Assembly (NCBI GenBank): GCA_023920165.1
Contig: CP089274.1
Span: forward strand, 3,472,001 to 3,536,000
Direction: 5' to 3'
Length of the DNA stretch: 64,000 bases
Source of the DNA: Curvularia clavata
Taxonomy: Eukaryota
In this document: positions 24,449 to 37,236 of the stretch, in pieces
Layout: every line of letters begins with the position of its first letter
Position numbering within the stretch: position 1 is the stretch's first letter
The notes under the pieces: model-generated
Told to the model about the DNA's origin: nothing
Seen by the model: only the letters and a program-made list of their open reading frames with translations
Databases searched by the model: none
Made by a program: the position numbers and the translations under genes

Positions 24449-25825
24449 ATGTATCAATCTACTGTTGACAGTTTTGTCTTGCCGCTACCATGGCTTTTGC
24501 TTTTGGTACTCAGTCTTGCAGTATGTATATGCAACACGAAATGGATACGCCAGAACGTTAGCGGGCATCGAGTACATAACCCTTACCGTTCTGTATTGCC
24601 GCCTCAACTAAATCAAGAGCCAGAATGCCATGTCAAACAAACTTTCAGAAAAGAAAGTTGCAGAAGCAGAATATTCAGAAGCATCCTACTACTCCATCGA
24701 ACCACTCTCAAAACTTAATCTCGAAACAACACAACCGCTTCAACTGCGACCCTTCAAACCAATATACCATATGACCATGGGTATGCATTTACCACCATAC
24801 CTCAAGAATATCCTGCAACTTCTATCCCTACATACTGACTACTTAGCTCTCGAAAACACTACCCTCTCTGACCTTATCGCCATGGACAACACTTACCTCC
24901 CTCGCCTACACATCCGGCGCCAGCTAATCCAGGACCACAGACGCGAAATCATAGCCTGCAAACCCGAAGCCATGTCCGCCGTCCTGGAACTCTACGAGTG
25001 GCTCATCGGAACCTATCTTCCGTGTCGCTTCCCCACCATTTACACTCTCATCTCTGACAGCAATGATGAAAAAGCCCCAGCAACGCATTTGAAGAACCAC
25101 GCCACCAACTCCCTCCTGCCCCTGCACGTCTCCTCCGCTGAGCTTGCTCTCGAGATCCTAGGTCAAAACATCGACACAGAGTTTCTTCTTCTGCAAACAC
25201 CTCCCTCTCCCACACCCTCCCCCTACCACTTGACAGCCTTCGTCAACTGCTTCCCCTCCGGCTTCTCCACTCTCTCCAAACTCTCTCTCCCCCTCGCCTC
25301 CATCCACGCCCCTGTCCCACACTACGCCGAGAAGCTGCAAAAGTCCATGGACCGCTACTTCGCCTCCCTGCCAGCTGGGAAAATCGTGAAGAGAGTGAAT
25401 TGGAGCATCAGCACCAATGGCGATGAATTGTTTTGTCTTGCGGGGAACCACATGAGCGACGAGGAGCATGATGCAGCAGCGCAAAAGGAGGAAGTCATCG
25501 ATATGGACAAGACGGTGGTAAGGTGTGAGAGACAGACGTTGCATCGGTTACCCAGGTCGGGGGCGTTGGTGTTTGCCTTCAAGGTATGTTGCCTTCTTGT
25601 TCCATCTCTATAGACGTGCGGCTATCGATGCACAGAGGACTGATTGCCAAACAGACATATACATATCCCATCCGCCAACTGCGCAATGAGGGCAGCGGTC
25701 CCGCGCTCGCGGACGCTATTGATGGGTTAGCTCTAGGCTCCGTGCCGAGGATCACAGTGTATAAGCGGCAGGTTGTCTGGGGCGAAAAAGTAAAGGCGTT
25801 TTTGAGAGGAGAGACTGAAGGGTGA
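24449..25825 (+). CDS. DUF3445 / heme-dependent oxidative N-demethylase alpha-like protein with N-terminal hydrophobic segment; exons 24449-24556, 24618-24780, 24847-25583, 25655-25825
   Basis: LRPFKPIYHMTMAL, YLPCRFP, CFPSGF, IHAPVP, RVNWSI, RCERQTLHRLPRSGALVFAFKTY. Three introns with canonical signals. Confidence 0.8.
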
Positions 25826-26503
25826 GATCCTTGGATCACGCTTATCTTCGTACGTTTGGAGCTATCTTTTCTTTTCTTTTCTTTTGAACATGCATGCGCG
25901 CATAGACGTAGATAGACGCGCAGAGGGAAGGAAGCACAGCAAGTTTAAACAGTCCATATATTTAACATCCACCCATCCACTCATTCAGCATGTTGGGAAT
26001 TCCATAGGTAGCGTGAAAATGCTCCTCCTATACATATACCTATGTACACATGCACATGCAATCCCACCACGGTGGAGGCGTAACCATCGCATAAACAAAC
26101 AGAAAAAAGAAGCCCAGAGGCATACATGAACCCATTGTCCTCCCGTTTCCCTTTATCGTTTCAGCCATCTCAACCCGTCCATTCGAAACACGCAATCCTG
26201 CATTTCCTTCTTCCCCATCCCCTCCCCTCCTTGCCATAGTGTACCAGATACACTCGACATTTTGTCCCAGACAGCAGCTGGACCAGGCAAATGCGATACA
26301 TCTTTGGTACAACTTCCTCGCTGACCTTGCGCTAAACGGGACAGTTTGTGGGAAGAAAGGGGAAAAAGAAACATAAAGAAAGAGCAAAGGCCATCATACT
26401 TAACCCTCACTTTCCACCGGTGTAACCAACGGATAAAGAAGAAATAAAAAAGAAAATAAGAAGAAGAAAAAACACGCCTGGGTGGTGAATTTTGAACTTA
26501 CGT

Positions 26504-29068
26504 TTAATTGCGCCGGAAACCGGGCGTGTTGGTGGGCGTACCACGCTTCAGCAGCGGTGGCTTGACCAGTGCTGATTTGCCAGGTACCTTCTTGGCTGGT
26601 GCCGAGCTGTTGGCGTTGGTGGTAAAGAATTTGTGTACCAGTGCCTCATTAGGCGTGATGCGCCTCTCCACATTCATGTGCAAGGTTGCATTCAACAGGT
26701 CGGTAAGGTCGTTCAGTTCTGCAGACGTCGGGCCTCCGCCCACAATGTTCCGCGCAGCATCGTAAACCCGAGTTTTCATGTCCCGGGGAATCTTCTTCTG
26801 TTGCTCAATCTTACGCACCGAGAGCTGGAAAAGGTTAGTTATCCTCTGTCCAATACTATGATGTACTTACCTTGTTGTTCTGGTCGAACTCGCGGCTAAT
26901 GAATTTCAGCGGCGGTCCGAGTTCAAAGTTGTCAAGAACGTTGTTGGCAAGACCCTTCTTCAGTAGCTTCTCGCTTGGCCATCCCAGACAGTCCATAAAT
27001 GACTTGATCATCTGGTTATTAGATTGTCCAGTAAAGAGAATTTTGCCGGTCCAGAGCTCATACACCGTACAACCCACAGCCCACATGTCGACGGGGTACC
27101 CAATATCCATGCCCAGGATGATCTCGGGCGCACGATAGAATCGACTGACAAGGTATTCGGTACGTTCAATAATATCTCGCTTGTCCACGGCAGTTCCAAA
27201 GTCGGCCAGCTTAATAGTTTTCTTGTCAGCAGAGACCAAGACATTGTCAGGTTTCAAGTCGAGATGAATGACCTGACAATCCTGCAAATGCTTAAGTCCC
27301 ATGAACATCTGGCGCGCATATACCCGCACTGCAGAGAGCGTGAGACCGTAGCCGTTTGTTTCTTCTTTCAGCAGATCACGCAAGTTCTTCGACATGTGCT
27401 CAAAGACAATGCACAAATGGCCTTTATGGTCGAACGAACCCAACAAGCGAATAATGTGACGCTTATCCCCTGGATCGGCCTCGTTGACTCTGCGCAAAAA
27501 GTCCATTTCCTTTTGACTGGCTCTTCTCATCAAGTCATTCCGGCGAATCATCTTGATGGCGACGATTCTCCCACCCACCTTTCCACCGTCTGCCACAACC
27601 TCTTCTGCTTGAGCAACATTGGCAAATACACCACGACCAAGGTTTTTAATGACCCGGTAGCGTCCATTGTCTATAAGCTCATTACTAATGAGCTTGTAGT
27701 ATCCTTCCGGATCGTCCCAGTTGTCGAGCAGCTTCTCATCGAGAATAGTTCCTTTAGCAGCAGTGTTTGCCTCCGGTTCGGCATCTTCGTCTTCGTCATC
27801 TTCATCACTAGAGGCGAACATGTCGATTTCTTTTTTTTCTTTCTTTTGCTTCTTGACGGAAGCAACTTTCTCAGCCGGTAAGGTAGACAAGTTCTTTGGG
27901 TCAGTCTCGCGATACGCGTCTGAAGCGACCTCACCGTTTTGATTCTTCTTTGCTGCTCGGTCACGGTCATCCAGCATGTCCTGCATAGGGTCGTAATCAG
28001 CTGCCGATGGACTGGTTACCGCTGGGCTGCTTCCCTCGCCAACCCCGGCCTGTTTATCGATCACCATAACGTCAGGCGACGCTGGTGCGGACTCAGAGTC
28101 GCCGTTGCGGGGTGATGCAAAAGATGATACAGGGCTGTCCGCGAAAACTAGTGGCGAAGCTTGGTTAGGTGTGTTCGCTTCTGACGCATTGGTGAGAACG
28201 GCTTGGTGCAGGAGACTCTGGTTGGCGTTTTCCTGCTCCTTCGCAGCACGTATTGCAGCCCAACGGCGGCGTTTCTGCTCTCGGGATTCCTCCGTAGGCA
28301 CCTCGTCTTCGACAGGGACTACTGGGGTGTACTCGGTGATATCGTCGTCCATTTTCCTGTTGCAGATTGTCAGTACCTAAGAAGTCATCAGGCCGGGGAA
28401 TCATATACTCACATTTGAACATCTTCAGACACGCTTGCTCGCGCAACCGACGTCTTCGCACTATCCGACAGCGTCTGCTGCTTCTGTTCGCGTGGGCTCT
28501 GACCATGGGTCTCTATGGAGAGGCCTTCCCGAAAGTTGGGCACTGGATTAGGGTTCTGAACCTCTGCATACGAGATACGACTCGCATGTGGTCTATCTAC
28601 ACCACCTCTGTGCTCTTTTCCATAACGCCCTCGGGGTGGGTATGGATGTCTAGAAGGTTTGCTGTTATCAGCATGGTAACGCTTATCAGGGCGACCACGC
28701 GGTGGGGACGCCTTGCGCTTATAACCTCGTGAACCAATCCCGCTATAGTCGGCTCGGCCTTGTCGGTTTGGCGATCGCGAGCGGTTGCCTGTATGGCTGT
28801 CACGATACGGCGATGGAGAGCGGTCGGCTGCGCGGCTCTGGGGATTCCGATTACGAAACGGCGACGGTGACCGTGACGGTGTGCGCTTGTGTCGGTGTCG
28901 ATATGGCGAAGGAGAACGACTCAAATCGCGGTAGTTGTCATAGGCACCATCCAGTCCAAAGGACCTGTCTGAGGCGTTAATCGCAATTTCGTCGTGCGAG
29001 CTGATCATCTTTGCCTTGTGTCGAGTGTCGGAGAGCTCGCTCTCTGAAGCGGAGCTCGAGGGAGACAT
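26504..29068 (-). CDS. prp4: Serine/threonine kinase Prp4 (spliceosomal); exons 29068-28413, 28356-26871, 26824-26504
   Basis: RS/SP-rich N-terminus, the Prp4 signature DNWDDPEGYY, GRGVFANV, VAIK, HLDLKPDN, DFG, EYLVSRFYRAPEIILG. Confidence 0.93.
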
Positions 29069-32000
29069 TGCCTCGGTTGCTCCTGGCGTGTTGAAGGTTT
29101 GCTATGATGGCTTCAGAATAGAAATTCTGGGCGTCAGCTGGCTTCTTGTTGACGACGACTGAGTGTCCCTATCACTGACTGTGTAGCAGAGAATTAGAGA
29201 CAGAGGCGATTGCGCCAAAGTAGTGAGGACAGGCGCGGTGGAGGTTGAGGAAGTTTGTCGGGGTCTTGTCGCGACTTGAGCGCGAGTCCAGCGGGGAAAG
29301 TAACCGAAGCTCAAGCTGTTGTATTACATAAGCATATTTGACCAATCATGTTGAGCTATGAGGCAGGGTCCAAATGGATCGCATTTGCTAAAAAAGTATA
29401 ATTGAAGAAAGCGAAGTAAATGGACTCGCTACAGCAGTATCATTAGACTTAACAAGGAGATGAAATTCTTGCTATTGATTGAGTGTGTGGTGGCACTCGT
29501 CCGTATACTATGGAGGAGAGGTTAGTGCATTTTGTTGGTCACGTGATGGACTCACAAACCAACAACTATCCATGCTATAATGTTGCCACCACTTTTCAAT
29601 TTCAGTCCGAATCTGAGAGGAAAAAGATGACATAAACTTGACGAGCTGCACGGGGAATATGTAAGCGATGCTGGGGTACATCTACCCAAGGCATGGACCG
29701 TGTCCCCTTACTTCCATTGTGACACCTATGAGGTTGATGTGATCGAATGGTGGTTAGGATCTAAGGGTTTGAACCAGAAAGATGGCACTCATAAACGCGC
29801 TGGTGGCATGAAAGCTTACAATACGAAGTGAATCCTCGGAAATATTAGCAAGAGACGTTGTTCGTTTGTCCCTTCACGATGAGGCCTTGATCTAAGACAC
29901 AACAACTTCCTGCCCTGAGACGGAACAGGTCGCCATGTGTATTCTTGAGAGCCTGCGTGCCTTCATGCATAGCTCCAGACATGTTGCATATCCCTTGGCA
30001 CTTACACTTTGATATTATCCTCATCCCGATAACCAAATACTCATGGAATGACGATCGAAGGGAGAAAACGAAAACAATTCTTACCGCTGATAACACATCT
30101 ATCAGGCAGGTGTTGAAATCAGGCGGTCGGAACCAGCCGACAGTACACGTGCTTGTCAAGGACGTACATCAACATCAAAAGACATTCGGGACCTGATACC
30201 TAAACTAGTCAAAGAACGAGAGAGTGAAGACCAGACTGGAGAAAACTCACGACACAAAGCTGCAAGAGCCAGAAATATTTCTCCCTCTAGTCCTCCCCCC
30301 ACAAGCGCACCGTGCCGTTAAACACTTATCTATATAATCCCGTAACGCACCCCCTAATTCTCCACCGACTCACGATTCCATCGGTAGAACTTCCCCAGAC
30401 AGCGACGGCGGTCCGTGATAGAACCAATGGATCCGACTCGCAGCAGCACTTATTCAGAAGAAGAATGTGACAAGTGTCGGTTCGATGTTTGCGAGGTCAG
30501 GTCGGAGCTTAGTATTACACCAATGTGGAGCATTTTTCTATAGCGCCAGGCCGGCCACCAGAGGATTCGGTTGCGACTCAATTGCCGTTGGGTATGGGCA
30601 AGAAAAAGGGAGGAAGGCAGAAAAAAAAAGATACGTAGAATACGACTGTCAATATCCGAGCGTGCCCACTTAATAGACTCTGGTGTTGAGAAGCGCCACC
30701 ACCACAGCTTGCCGAAATGGCAACTGCACCTACACCTACACTTACTGTGATGAGAAAGCGCGATTCGGAAGACCGGATGAGGACATGATGTACCGGGTCG
30801 GTTGATCAGGTCGAATTTGAAGTTGAAGTTGGCAAGATCTCGACTCAAAAGTCCGCCTAAACCATAGGTGAGACGGACAGCCCGCCCCGTATCCGACGGG
30901 GCCAAAATAGGATAGCCCGCGCCTTCCTCCAGCCGCCGCCCCCGTGGTCGACGATCATCCGCACTTGAGATTCGCGAACCCGAATCCATGCTACAGTAAC
31001 ATTTATTACGATGGCCACATAAAAGTGTTGACGAAAACGAACCCGGGGCAGGGCTTGCATTTGGACGAAACGGGGCGGTGTCGTCCGAGATCCACCCTTG
31101 GAGGGAACAAATCGGACAGCACAAGAATATCTGCGGGTCAACCGGATCTAACATGTTCACGATGCATGCCCAAAGCAGGTATACCCGGTGTCACGGCAGG
31201 AACAAGCTACTGTGTCTCCGCAAATGGTGTTGGGTGGGTACACAAAGAGACAAGCATACGCTCGGAGGGGGGATTGGAAACCTTGGATGATGACGCTACA
31301 GCGGAGCCAACTAAAGCGCAGCGACAAGACAATGCCAAAGTGATGCGACGCTTGCTATTTGCGGTAGGCCTCGTTTCGAAGCGAATGCCCACACTTGGAC
31401 GACGAGATGGAACTGGTAGTCCTTGAGCGACAAGATACACTATTCTTCAAGTTTGCGGGTTGGAGATGCATCGAGCAAGCATTGCAGCCCATACGTACGT
31501 ATGCGCCGTATAGTCTTGTACGCTAGAACAATCAATGCCGTGGCTTCCGCGAGCATCGGGCGTCAAATGACCAGGAAAGAGTACTGCGAATGGGAATGAG
31601 CGCAAACCATGTTGGACTTGGTGGCTGAGTAGGAGCAGCCAGTCCAATGACGGGTGTCATTAAGGAGGCTTGCCGCCACCCTTCTGGAATGCTTGTCTTG
31701 TGTGCTGAGGCGTCTGCCACCGAAGAATCTCGGGGGGTTTAGTGTAGCATGACCCTGACGCTAGACGGAAAAGTGTCCAAGCCGGCCAATTGATGATACG
31801 CGGACGCCAGTTCCGTAGCCGCTGATGAATTGGCGGCGTGCTGGGAGCTGGGTTCTTGGGGGTCGAAACGGCAGAAGCCCATGGGGACCCTGACACACCA
31901 CGTGCCAGACTGTCGGGATTGCCATGGCTAGTCGACGGCAAGCAGTGCATGGCAAGGGAGAAAGACATAGCGTCCGGTCTGGACCTCGATCCATCTCCCG

Positions 32001-35000
32001 CCGCGCGTTTGCTCTGCACGCTACACCTACGTCGTGGCTCTCATGGCGCTCGTGAGCCCGTTGCTGGCTACGTCATGGACCGGCAAAGATCGGCCATCCC
32101 AAGGCCTTTTGAGCACATTTGCTGATCGCCTGGTTCGCGACGCCATGCCAAGCTCTCTCCTGGGCTGGCAAGGCTCTTTATTGAGTAGGTGCTTGTGTAT
32201 AGTAATCATGCATGTCGAGACCTTCAGGGAACTGGTCGTTACGGAACGCAGGAGAGCGCTGCAGATCAGGGCGGGAGCGCGAATCGACACTAGGGAAGCT
32301 GGTAATTTGACAGATCTTGGGTGCGTAGCGTTAGGGAGTGCCTGTGCCCGCTGTATGGCTGCGCATCCACTGCTAGTTCCCTTGAGTGACGAGAAACCAC
32401 GATGTTCTTGACAGTGCGAGCCGTCAGGATGGTGAGATCTGGCGCAGGTCAGCGAGGAGCCGCAGGCCCTGTGCGCCCTGCATAAAGCGTTAGACCGTGA
32501 AGGGGGTGGCATGGTTATTGACGGAATCCTGTATCGACAATGGAGTAGTGGCTCGGGTGTCTCCAATTGTTGCATCAACGATAGATTGGAGTAGAGGAGT
32601 AGAGGCGCCTATGGGGGGGAAGGTAGACCCACCCTTCCCTGCTAGCTTGTCTGCCCGAGCATACAATCCAACCGGGAAAACCTCCGGCCTAGGAGACCTT
32701 GTCTCTTCGGGGCAAGGCTAGGACAAGACTGTGGGGGTTCACGAGGGAAGCTGGAGTTTCAGTTGCTCAAGGGGCTGGCATTTCGACTCTGGCACCGCCT
32801 CCATCCTTGCTTGTCATTCTCCATCTTGCTCGCTGGGCGTACGGACATGGCGCCCCGGGCGCACGGGCGGTCAAATGTTCGGTGACCCAACCTTGGGTTC
32901 GTGTCTAAGGGCGGGAAGGCTATCAGACGTGGTTAGGGACTCGCTTCTACCGTGTACGCCATCCGCTGGCAGCCACTGCGCCAGCAGACCAATAGCAGTC
33001 CACGCATAGTATAGAGTTCTAGGGGAAAAGATGCCTGATGTGGTCAAGCCCGAGTCGCCGGCATTCTAACCAGTGCTCAATTCCAACAAGCAATAGGCCG
33101 CCGTTGGAGGGAGGTTCGGCGACCTGTAATCGCAATTGACCGAGCAAGTTGATTGTTGCTGTATCAGTTGGTTGAGCTTTGGCCCGATCCCCTCTTCTTT
33201 CCCCCATGATCCGATGCAAGCGAGGCGCCGTCTTGGGAACCCAAGGCTTAGCCAAGGAAAATCTTAGACACCGTTTTCCTTGAGTCCTGGCGCCAACGGG
33301 CAGGTCGAGTCGATGACCTACTTTGTAGGTTTGCCAAACTTCCGCCAAGACCTAGTGGTATGCGGAGGTTTTTTACACTGTCTCCAGCCAAGGACCCCGA
33401 GGCGCTTTCTTCCGGCTGCTGGGTGCGTAGGCTCGGTGGTGGCGCTCGATACCCTAATGCACGGGCGGGAGACCATGTTCCTGCACCCATTTGGCTAGAG
33501 TTAGAGTAGGTACCTCGCCGTCACCAAGGACTTTCTGCTGCTATCCCTGGGGCAATGTCGGTCTATAGGCCCAGAGCAGGACCATACATAGTCATCGACA
33601 CGGGCAAACTCAAAATCTACGTCATGCACTACTGCAACCTTTGGGGTGCTCTCCCAAAACATACCGCAGTTCCCTCAGGGCAGATCCTGGAAACACGCGC
33701 CTGCAACGAGGCGGTGCAAGCCAGCAGGTTCTGCTCGCATTCGGCCCGAATGAATATTACTCTCTTCTGGCACCGATCAAGACAAGCCCACGCTTACCGT
33801 GGTGTCGTGGCCATGCCCAAGAAGGCAACACACGACATGCCAATGGAGCGCAGTGTCTGCTTCGCAGGCTTAAAGTCAGGCAAGGGAAAAAAACAAAGCA
33901 GTGTGGCCAAGCGCAGTGGGCGTTGGACATGGATGAAAAAGACGCACTTGGACGATCTGCCGCACGTCACAGCGCCAATGTAAATGCAAGGTGACGATCG
34001 ACGGACGGGCGTGCCAGGCGTGACCTAATCGTACCTGTGTCGACATGTGCAGCCAGCAGGAAAAAAAAGGGTCCGATGGCACACAGCAAGGCGGCGAGGT
34101 GATGGGCACGACGGCCGACTCGAGGCTAATGGCGCAAACATGACATGGCAAACCCACAGCGCCGACGAGGAAGCGCGGTCGTATGTAGGCGTAGGGGGGT
34201 GGGTGGTGGGCGCGCGTGGTCCATCATGTCGCAGCAGAGACATTCGCGTTCGCTTCGCACGCAAGCTTGTGGCAGCATCTGTTTAGAGCGGCGGTTCTGG
34301 CCTAGTGGGAGACCGCAGTCGGCTAACCCGATTTCCCCACGGTCGTTGAGTGTGTGTGGTGCGCTAGACGACTAGGACGCGCTGCATCCGCAAGTTGATT
34401 GTTAGGTGGCCGACGCCTTTGAAACTTCGTTCCAGCTCTATGTTGCTTGTCAGCAGTTCCGCATAGGAGTTTGCCGGGCACTAAGGAACCTCAGGCCCAG
34501 TGCCCCAGCAGAGGATATACAGAGTTAATGCCCGATGTGCATTGCGCATCTTGCCCATGAAATCCGTACTGGCAAATCTTTGCTCTCTCTTACCTTCCCA
34601 GACTCCGACATAGCTCCTTCTGTTCAATCTTCCGCACTGAGACATGCTCGCATTCATGCCTGCACAACCATCGACCTCTTCTTCTCCGGGTACGTCGGCC
34701 CCCAGCTGCCTGCCCGTGATCACCACCCGCCCGTCTTTGCTGACCTGCTGGCACAGGAATAAATTACTGGTATGGCAGTGCCAGTCTGCCAGACGCCCTC
34801 GAAGCCCATCCCCCCAACCACTCCAACCAACGCTTGATGCGCCGTGCCTCGGACGCGGTTGTACAGGCTGCCGGAATCCATATGTAAGTATATCCTTTTG
34901 TCTTACTCTGCGTGCAAGATCATCCCGAGACCCCCACTGGCATGTAGGCGACACACACTGGCCTGCAGCTCATCATCCCTTCCTGCTTCGGTCCGGCCTC

Positions 35001-35580
35001 GAGAGTCGTCTTCTGCCTCCTTTGGATCCTTTCGACTTGCCCACACCTTCTGTCGGTGCGGTCGACGACCAGAGGTCCTCTCCCAACCCCTCTAACGGAG
35101 CAGATCACTCCGACGTCCCGCCACGATCCACAGACGCCAAGGGGACAACGGAAATCGCGAAGCTCTGTTCCAACGATCATCCTCATTGGTTTTGGAAAGG
35201 ATCGACACCGGCATCTTACATCCTCGTGTCTTTTGCAACCTTCCGGCAATGGACTAGAGACGGGAGAGAAAAAGAGTCGCACCATTGAAACGCTCCCAAT
35301 CACCGTGAGGGGCGGTTTGATAGACTTTTTCTTGCCGGTTGCGTTGTTAGGATGACACGTCCATGCCCGCCTATCCAGGGATTTTCATCGGCAATCGTTT
35401 CGGGACAACGACCTAGGCAGTCTGCGCGGGGTCCAACGCACCATCGACAGTGCGCATGTCCACGCAAAGCTGGCGGATAAGAGACCCAGACGGAATGCGC
35501 GCGGTGACCATTGCACAGAGGCATCTAATGTCACAACTTTTGCAACACGAGCGCGAATTCGCTAACAAGTCATTAGCCAG

Positions 35581-37236
35581 GACTCCTCTGAATGGGACGA
35601 GAGCCAAGTCCCACTCCATCTCGACAACGGTGCCCAAACCAATCTTGTGATTCGTCCGCCGGCAGCGTCTGCTGCTGCAAACCACAAAGCACCGCTGGCA
35701 CCCAAGCAAGGCCTCGGGGGCGCCCTGGCAAACGCTCGAGGCCAACACCATTCGCCCATTGCCGGCACATACGCACTGCGGACTCCCCGTGGTAAGATCA
35801 CCTCGATAGCATGCGAGAGCTGCCGAAAGCGAAAATCAAAGGTGCGTATGCAGTCAAAGTCGAGAGTTGCAACAGAAAAGCTGACAAATTGCGTATTAGT
35901 GCGATGGAGTGAGACCAAAGTGCAACACCTGCCAATCCAAGAACCTCACATGCGTATACGACGTTGCAGAAGATGGAAAGACAACAACCCAATTGCGTGC
36001 CCACGTACGGCGGCTGGCCAAGGAGCTCGAGGATATGAAGTCAGTCGTTTCATTGCTGGCCATGGCTCCTGATCGTGCTTCAGCAGCGAACTGGGCCGCC
36101 GAGATTGAGAAAAATGGCTTCGCACATCATTCTGCCGAGGATATCAAGAAGGCGCTTTCAGGGGGCGTGAGTGCGGATCCTCGTGAGTCGCTGATGGGAA
36201 CAAACCACGACTCTATGGGAGGGCCAACACCGGCTCTTCCAGATGGCGACTCGTTCGGAACACCAGGCAGTGAAGCTTTCGCTAGCGCTCCCCATCATAT
36301 GGGCGCTTCACCATATGGCGAATCTTCTCGGGAAGAGAGGTACTTGTTCACCCGCTCAAGAGTAGAACCACAAGCTGACACAAGTCAAAGCCGAGAACAA
36401 AGCCACTCATCACTAGGCTTTTCGCACGACACAACCTCAGTCGATGCCACTGTGACGATGAACCCCTCTCCACTCAGTCTCGAAGCCGCGACAAACGCAC
36501 TGAACAAATTCAGCTTTGACTGCGCATTCTACCGGAGGACGAAGCGAGATCTCCTCGCAAACGGATGGAGTGAGGTACAAATTTTTGGTAGATGTGAGAT
36601 CGATGTTGATACCCTCTTGCTCGGATTCATGGATCCGCAAGACGCACAGCCAGTCTCGACATGGTGTTCCAGGACGGTCAACAGACTGTTGCCCGCGGCG
36701 TCTCTTCCGGTCAGGCTGGCGTCGACATGGGTGTTGACAAAGTTGATGCGGGTAAGTACTGCGCTTTACAGTATTTTGTAAACGTAATCGTGGTCCTGAC
36801 CCAGTCTTTGCAGTACCTCATCTGGCCGACTGCTGAGAACATGAACGCCAATCCGGATTGGTTGATGCCGACAGTAGGAAAGCAAGAGAATTCGCCCTAT
36901 GACATGCTCATTGATCTCGTTCCATGGTAGGTCCTACCCATGTACTTTTCTCCTTTCAATGAGGTGCTGACGTCTCCTTTCAGGCCGCAGGTACGCCAGC
37001 TGCTCTACCAACACCCTCAGGAATACTCAGTTGGTCATTTCGTCGGCCAGGTTGGTATCACATGGCCACACGCAGACGACGCATGCCACTACTGGGACAT
37101 TGAGGCCGGATACACGCGCATGACTCCGCTCTTCGAAAGCACCGTTGCCGACTTGAACAACTGGACCATTGACCCCAAGATTCTCGAAATCATGCCACAA
37201 CTGGAAGGCCACATCCCGGTCAGACCTGTTTCGTAG
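35581..37236 (+). CDS. Zn(II)2Cys6 transcription factor with DUF3425-like C-terminus; first exon unresolved; exons ~35581-35841, 35900-36339, 36391-36751, 36814-36926, 36984-37236
   Basis: Spliced cluster CESCRKRKSK|CDGVRPKCNTCQSKNLTC, coiled coil LRAHVRRLAKELEDM, C-terminal IDLVPW|PQVRQLL...NWTIDP. An acceptor at 35576 or 35580 implies an upstream exon. Confidence 0.85.

Noticed and set aside
8156..29068. Functional cluster of the SR protein and Prp4 kinase
   Set aside because: They are 17 kb apart with many unrelated genes between; nothing in the sequence argues against coincidence.
30450..31426. ORFs 30450..31160 (-) and 30944..31426 (+)
   Set aside because: They start at GTG, overlap each other, have atypical composition and show no domain or convincing splice structure.
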